The notes beneath the pieces were generated by a model, which had not been told where the DNA came from, did no database searches, and worked only from the letters and a program-made list of their open reading frames with translations. Both the position numbers and the translations under genes were made by a program. Below, in pieces: positions 59,645-64,000 of a stretch of 64,000 nt of DNA (its first letter is position 1; each line of letters starts with the position of its first letter). This stretch comes from Pseudomonadota bacterium (lineage in GTDB: Bacteria; Pseudomonadota; Alphaproteobacteria; Rhizobiales; Xanthobacteraceae): positions 172,701-236,700 of the forward strand of contig JAFEFL010000063.1 in NCBI GenBank assembly GCA_018240595.1, in the 5' to 3' direction.

Positions 59645-62212
59645 CTAGTTATGCACAGGGTGCCGGGTTTTCCGGCGACGCCAGTGCCTCCCCGGCGTCA
59701 TCGCCAGGCGCTTGAGAATTTCCGCCGCGACCAGGTAGCCGGCGACCAGCGCGGCGATGGCGAGCCAGAGCAGACCCGGCACCGGCACGAAGCCGAACGG
59801 CGCGCCGAGCGGCGTCAGCACAAAGGCGAAGGCCGCAAGGAGCGCGGCGAGCGAGGTCAGCGTCAGCGCCGCGCGCGGCCGCGCCTGCCACAGCGGCAGC
59901 GCGGTGCGGATGGCGAAGATCACCAGGATCTGCGTCATCATCGACTCGATGAACCAGGCGGTGCGGAAAGTGTCGGCGCCGGCGTGAAAGCCTTTCAGCA
60001 GCAGCACGAAGATGGCGAGATCGAACAGCGACGACAGCGGCCCCATGATCAGCGTGAACCGCATCAGCTCCGACATTTCCCAGCCGTGCGGCTTGCGAAT
60101 GTCGCGCGGCTCGGCGCGGTCGAAGGGAATGCCGACTTCGGACAGATCGTAGAGCAGGTTGTTGAGCAGCACCTGAATCGGCGTCAGCGGCAGGAACGGG
60201 ATGAACAGCGACGCCGCCGCCATCGACAGCATGTTGCCGAAGTTCGACGACGTGCCCATGCGCAGATACTTCATGATGTTGCTGTAGGTGCGCCTCCCCT
60301 CCTCGACGCCGTCGGCGACGACGCCGAGATCGGGATCGAGCAGGATGAGGTCGGCGGCGGCGCGGGCGACGTCGGCGGCGGTATCCACGGCAAGTCCGGC
60401 ATCGGCGGCATGAATCGCCGGTGCGTCGTTGATGCCGTCGCCGATGAAGCCGACGGTGTGGCCGCGGGCCTGCAGCGCGCGAATAATGCGCGTCTTCTGG
60501 TCCGGCGATACGCGGGCAAACAGATCGGTGTGCAGAACGCGGGCTGCTAGCGCGGCATCGCTGAGTTCGGCGATCTGCGCGCCGGTGAGCGAACCGCGCA
60601 GCGGGATGCCGAGCGTCTGCATCAGATGCCGCACCGCGGCCTCGGCATCGCCGGAGATGATCTTGACGCGAACGCCCTGCTTCTCGAGCCGGGCGATCGC
60701 CGCGGCGGCGGACGCCTTCGGCGGATCGTCGAACACGCAGAGCCCGGCGAACACCAATTCGCTCTCGTCGGCGGCAGTGATCTTGTCAGCGGCGAAGTGG
60801 CGCCAGGCGACGCCGAGACAGCGGCGGCCCTGCCCGATCTGGGCGTCGTGCAGTTTCAAGAGCGCCGCGCGGCCGGCATCGTCGAGCGGCTGCACGCCGC
60901 CATCGCCAGACTCGCGCGCAGTCGCGGCGGCGATGATCGCTTCCGGCGCGCCCTTGATGACCAGCAGGCGCATGCCATCGCGCTCGACCAGCACGGAAAC
61001 GCGGCGGCGTTCGAAATCGAACGGGATATCGGCGATGCGCCGCCAACCGCTTAGCGCAACGCCTGTCGCCGCGGCGATGATCGCATCATCGAGCGGCGTG
61101 CGGATGCCGGTCTCGAAATGGCTGTTGAGCGCCGCGAGCTCGAGGACGCGCGCGCATGGCGTGCCGTCGCTGCCGGAATGGGCGATCAGGGACATGCGCG
61201 CTTCGGTCAAAGTGCCGGTCTTGTCGGTACACAGCACGTCCATGGTGCCGAGGTCGTGGATCGCGGCGAGCCGCTTCACCACCACCTTGCGCTTGGCCAT
61301 GCGCTGCGCGCCGCGCGACAAGGTCACGGTCATGATCATCGGGAGGAGTTCGGGCGTCAGGCCGACGGCGAGCGCGGCGGCGAACAGGAAGGAATCGAGC
61401 ACGGCGCGGCCGAAGGCGAGATGCGCCAAAAGCACGAACAGGACGAGGAACCCGGTGATGCGCACGATCAGCACGCCGAAGGCGTGCAGGCCGCGCTCGA
61501 AGGCGGTCGGCGGCGGCTCGGTCTCGAGCGCGGCGGCGATGGCGCCGAAGCGCGTCTGCGCGCCGGTCGCCGTGACCAGCATGGTCGCCTCGCCGCTGAC
61601 CAAGGCCGTGCCGGAAAACAGCGCGCTGAAGGCTTCGGCCGGCGCTTCCGCCGCGCAGGCGCCGGCGCGCTTCGCCACCGGGTAAGGCTCGCCGGTGAGC
61701 AGCGACTCGTTGGCATGCGCGTCGCGCGCCTCGAGCACGATGCCGTCGGCCGGCACCAGGTTGCCGGCTTCGAGCTGAACGATGTCGCCGGGCACGACGT
61801 CCTCGACGGCGAGCAGCGCGACGCCGCCATCGCGGCGCACGGCAACATGCACGGCGACCGAACGTTTGAGCGCCTCGACCACATTCTCGGCGCGCTCCTG
61901 CTGCACGATCTCCAGTGTGATCGAGACGACCAGAATGACGTTGATGATGGCGAAGCTCGCCCAGTCGCCGGTCAGGCCGGAGACCGCCGCGGCGGCAATC
62001 AGGATCGCGACCAGCGGATCGGCGAAACGCCGCGCGATGCGCACGATCAGGCGGCGGCGATGGCTGTCGCCGATGAGGTTGCGGCCAAAGGCGGCGCGGC
62101 GGCGCGCCGCTTCATCCTGCGTCAGCCCGGCCGGCGTCGCGGCGAGTTGCGCCAGCACGTCGGTCGCCGGCAGCGACCAGAAGCGTTCGGGCAAGGGCGT
62201 TGGCTCGGGCAC
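59645..62212 (-). CDS. mgtA: Mg2+-translocating P-type ATPase (MgtA-like); GTG start at 62212 preferred over ATG at 62248
   Basis: PELLP, CTDKTGT, KGAPE, DPPK, GDGINDAP, SNFGNM; GAGG RBS before the GTG. Confidence 0.9.
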   Translation of the reverse strand: MPEPTPLPERFWSLPATDVLAQLAATPAGLTQDEAARRRAAFGRNLIGDSHRRRLIVRIARRFADPLVAILIAAAAVSGLTGDWASFAIINVILVVSITLEIVQQERAENVVEALKRSVAVHVAVRRDGGVALLAVEDVVPGDIVQLEAGNLVPADGIVLEARDAHANESLLTGEPYPVAKRAGACAAEAPAEAFSALFSGTALVSGEATMLVTATGAQTRFGAIAAALETEPPPTAFERGLHAFGVLIVRITGFLVLFVLLAHLAFGRAVLDSFLFAAALAVGLTPELLPMIMTVTLSRGAQRMAKRKVVVKRLAAIHDLGTMDVLCTDKTGTLTEARMSLIAHSGSDGTPCARVLELAALNSHFETGIRTPLDDAIIAAATGVALSGWRRIADIPFDFERRRVSVLVERDGMRLLVIKGAPEAIIAAATARESGDGGVQPLDDAGRAALLKLHDAQIGQGRRCLGVAWRHFAADKITAADESELVFAGLCVFDDPPKASAAAAIARLEKQGVRVKIISGDAEAAVRHLMQTLGIPLRGSLTGAQIAELSDAALAARVLHTDLFARVSPDQKTRIIRALQARGHTVGFIGDGINDAPAIHAADAGLAVDTAADVARAAADLILLDPDLGVVADGVEEGRRTYSNIMKYLRMGTSSNFGNMLSMAAASLFIPFLPLTPIQVLLNNLLYDLSEVGIPFDRAEPRDIRKPHGWEMSELMRFTLIMGPLSSLFDLAIFVLLLKGFHAGADTFRTAWFIESMMTQILVIFAIRTALPLWQARPRAALTLTSLAALLAAFAFVLTPLGAPFGFVPVPGLLWLAIAALVAGYLVAAEILKRLAMTPGRHWRRRKTRHPVHN

Positions 62213-62271
62213 GCGGCGCCTCGGGATGGCTGAACGATCAGCGATCATCCGTTGAGACGGGCGCCGCGGCT

Positions 62272-62285
62272 TTGATGGGGGTCAA
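62272..62285. promoter_or_regulatory. FNR/FixK-type box upstream of mgtA
   Basis: TTGAT-GGGG-GTCAA (TTGA-N6-TCAA). Confidence 0.6.
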
Positions 62286-62304
62286 GCCGGAACGTGTCGG
62301 GCCG

Positions 62305-62437
62305 CCGTCATGGCCCGCGCAGGCGGGCCATCCAGCGCCCCCCGCAAACGTCATCGCCCGCGAAAGCGGGCGATCCGGCAATTGAAGGAAGCTTGAATAC
62401 GAAGAGCTGGATCCCCGCTTTCGCGGGGGATGACCGG
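62305..62437. repeat. Cluster of three REP-like hairpins
   Basis: GTCATGGCCCGCGCAGGCGGGCCATCC, GTCATCGCCCGCGAAAGCGGGCGATCC and inverted TGGATCCCCGCTTTCGCGGGGGATGACCGG. Confidence 0.85.
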
Positions 62438-62479
62438 AGTATGTTGGCGGGGATGGTCGAACAGCGCAGGCGTCAGAAA

Positions 62480-62929
62480 TCAGGACAACTTCGCCTTCAC
62501 CATCCCGCTCGCCTTGCCGAAGTCCATCTGGCCGGCGTACTTGCCGCGCAGGATGCCGATGACCTTGCCCATGTCCTTCATGCCGGCGGCGCCGGTTTCC
62601 GCGATGGCGGCATCGATCGCGGCGGCGACTTCGGCGTCCGACATCTGCTTGGGCAGATAGGCCGAGATCACGGCGATCTCTTCCTCCTCCTGCTTCACCA
62701 GATCGGCGCGGTTGCCCTTCTTGTACATCTCGACCGATTCCTGACGCTGCTTGATCATCTTCTGCAGGATCGAGAGCACGGCCGCGTCGTCGAGCGCCTT
62801 GCCGGTGGTGCGCGCCTCGATGTCGGCGTTCTTCAGGGTCGAGTTGACCATGCGCAAGGTCGAGACGGCGCGCTCGTTCTTGGCCTTCATCGCCTCGGTC
62901 AACGCCTTGTTGATGTCGTCGCGGATCAT
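62480..62929 (-). CDS. GatB/YqeY domain protein
   Basis: AMKAKNE…LRMV, KMIKQRQES, YLPKQMS, KDMGKVIG. Confidence 0.92.
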   Translation of the reverse strand: MIRDDINKALTEAMKAKNERAVSTLRMVNSTLKNADIEARTTGKALDDAAVLSILQKMIKQRQESVEMYKKGNRADLVKQEEEEIAVISAYLPKQMSDAEVAAAIDAAIAETGAAGMKDMGKVIGILRGKYAGQMDFGKASGMVKAKLS

Positions 62930-62946
62930 GGTCTTTTCCCTTTGAG

Positions 62947-64000
62947 TCACTTGACCGGCTGGTGGCCCTGGTTCTCGCCGAAGGCTTCCTCGCGGTAGAG
63001 GCCGAGCGAATGCATGACCGGCAAATCGTTAAAGCAGAACAAACAGGCGTCCTCGCTGGCCGAAGAATTGCCGTGTTCGTGGAACGCCCAGGACGGCACG
63101 CAGAAGATGTCGCGCTTCTTCCAGTCGAGCCGCTTGCCGCCGATGATCGAATAGCCCTCGCCCTTGGCGCATTGATAGATCGACGAGCCCGTATGACGAT
63201 GCGCCCGGGTCTTCTCGCCGGGCCGCAGCATCTGCATCGAGGCGCCGATGGTCTGCATCACCGGGCCGCCGGTGAGCGGATTGACGTAGTTCATCAGCAC
63301 GCCGTCGAAGGGCGAGCCGTCGGTCGCCTTGGCGAATTTGGTGAGCGACTCGTAAGTCGGCTCCCACTCGTATTTGAGGAGCGGCGAATAAGGCTTCTGC
63401 CAGTCCTGCAACGCCGGCTGCAGGCCGGGGGCGCCCCAGGTCAGCGTCGCGTCGTCGACGGCGTAAGTCACGGGCTGCTTCAGATCGGGATGCACCTTGT
63501 AGAAGTTGGCCTCCAGCGCATTGACCAGCGGAATATCGAGGCCGTCCTGCCAGATGCAGTCGGTGCCGGAAGCCTCGACGCCGTGCTCGTGCCATGAGCC
63601 GTTCGGCGTCAATACAAAATCATTCTCGCCGAGCGTCATCTTGTGGCCGTCGACCACGGTGTAGGCGCCCTTGCCTTCCATGATGAAGCGCAAGGCCGAG
63701 GCCGAGTGCTGGTGCGCGCTCGCCGTCTCGCCGGCCTTCATCACCTGCAGCCCGGAATAAAGCCAGCCGACCGCGGCGGCATGATCGCGCCGGCCGGGAT
63801 TGTTGAGATAGATGACGCGGCGGCCGGCCTTTTCCGGCGCCACCAACTCAAGCGAGCGCAGCACCGGCTCGCGCAGGTCCTGGTAGCGCCAGAGAACCGG
63901 CACCGAGTCGGATTTCGGCTCCCAGGGCTCGATCTTGTTGGCCACGGTCCACAGCGCCGCGGCCTCGAATTTCTCGAGGTCGTTGTAGTAGGCGACCAGG
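62947..64000 (-). CDS. Bicupin dioxygenase, gentisate 1,2-dioxygenase-like (5' end outside window)
   Basis: AHQHSASALRF and WHEH in cupin 1; AHRHTGSSIY and DIFCVPSWAFHEH in cupin 2; frame open to the window end. Confidence 0.85.
   Translation of the reverse strand, partial: LVAYYNDLEKFEAAALWTVANKIEPWEPKSDSVPVLWRYQDLREPVLRSLELVAPEKAGRRVIYLNNPGRRDHAAAVGWLYSGLQVMKAGETASAHQHSASALRFIMEGKGAYTVVDGHKMTLGENDFVLTPNGSWHEHGVEASGTDCIWQDGLDIPLVNALEANFYKVHPDLKQPVTYAVDDATLTWGAPGLQPALQDWQKPYSPLLKYEWEPTYESLTKFAKATDGSPFDGVLMNYVNPLTGGPVMQTIGASMQMLRPGEKTRAHRHTGSSIYQCAKGEGYSIIGGKRLDWKKRDIFCVPSWAFHEHGNSSASEDACLFCFNDLPVMHSLGLYREEAFGENQGHQPVK

Overview
GC-rich alphaproteobacterial chromosome segment (Hyphomicrobiales-like; taxonomy inferred from gene content and repeat types). 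Left end: 5' part of a selenocysteine-recoded formate dehydrogenase (fdnG-type, in-frame UGA plus SECIS), divergent from a TlpA / Tat-exported transglutaminase-like / TusA / selD cluster. From 4.8 to 41.7 kb is a block of nitrogen-compound catabolic loci. It holds an ectoine/hydroxyectoine cluster (enuR, eutBCDE, ehuBCDA, ssd, atf, asnC; no eutA) and a glutamine-synthetase-like/ALDH/Fe-ADH trio. It also holds an orphan polyamine-type ABC + FAD oxidoreductase + ALDH + enolase-superfamily + MocR + GMC cluster, and a LysR/peptide-ABC/serine hydrolase/M20 operon lying next to the 3' end of tRNA-Ile2(CAU). The right third is core-like: lytic transglycosylases, MFS, OmpA, class V aminotransferase, thioesterase, msrA, PfpI, rpoD, dnaG, an MgtA-type ATPase, YqeY and a cupin dioxygenase, interspersed with REP-like palindromes. 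The most unusual object is at about 50.4-51.5 kb. It comprises a sigma70-like promoter with an overlapping palindrome, a ~480-nt non-coding region with fully nested long-range helices, five 13-bp-period repeats, and a small four-cysteine protein gene. Also notable are a nested palindromic repeat carrying two 38-nt bistable inserts (52.0-52.2 kb) and a 35-aa membrane ORF behind a perfect FNR/FixK box. All of this was read by eye; no database searches or folding programs were run.
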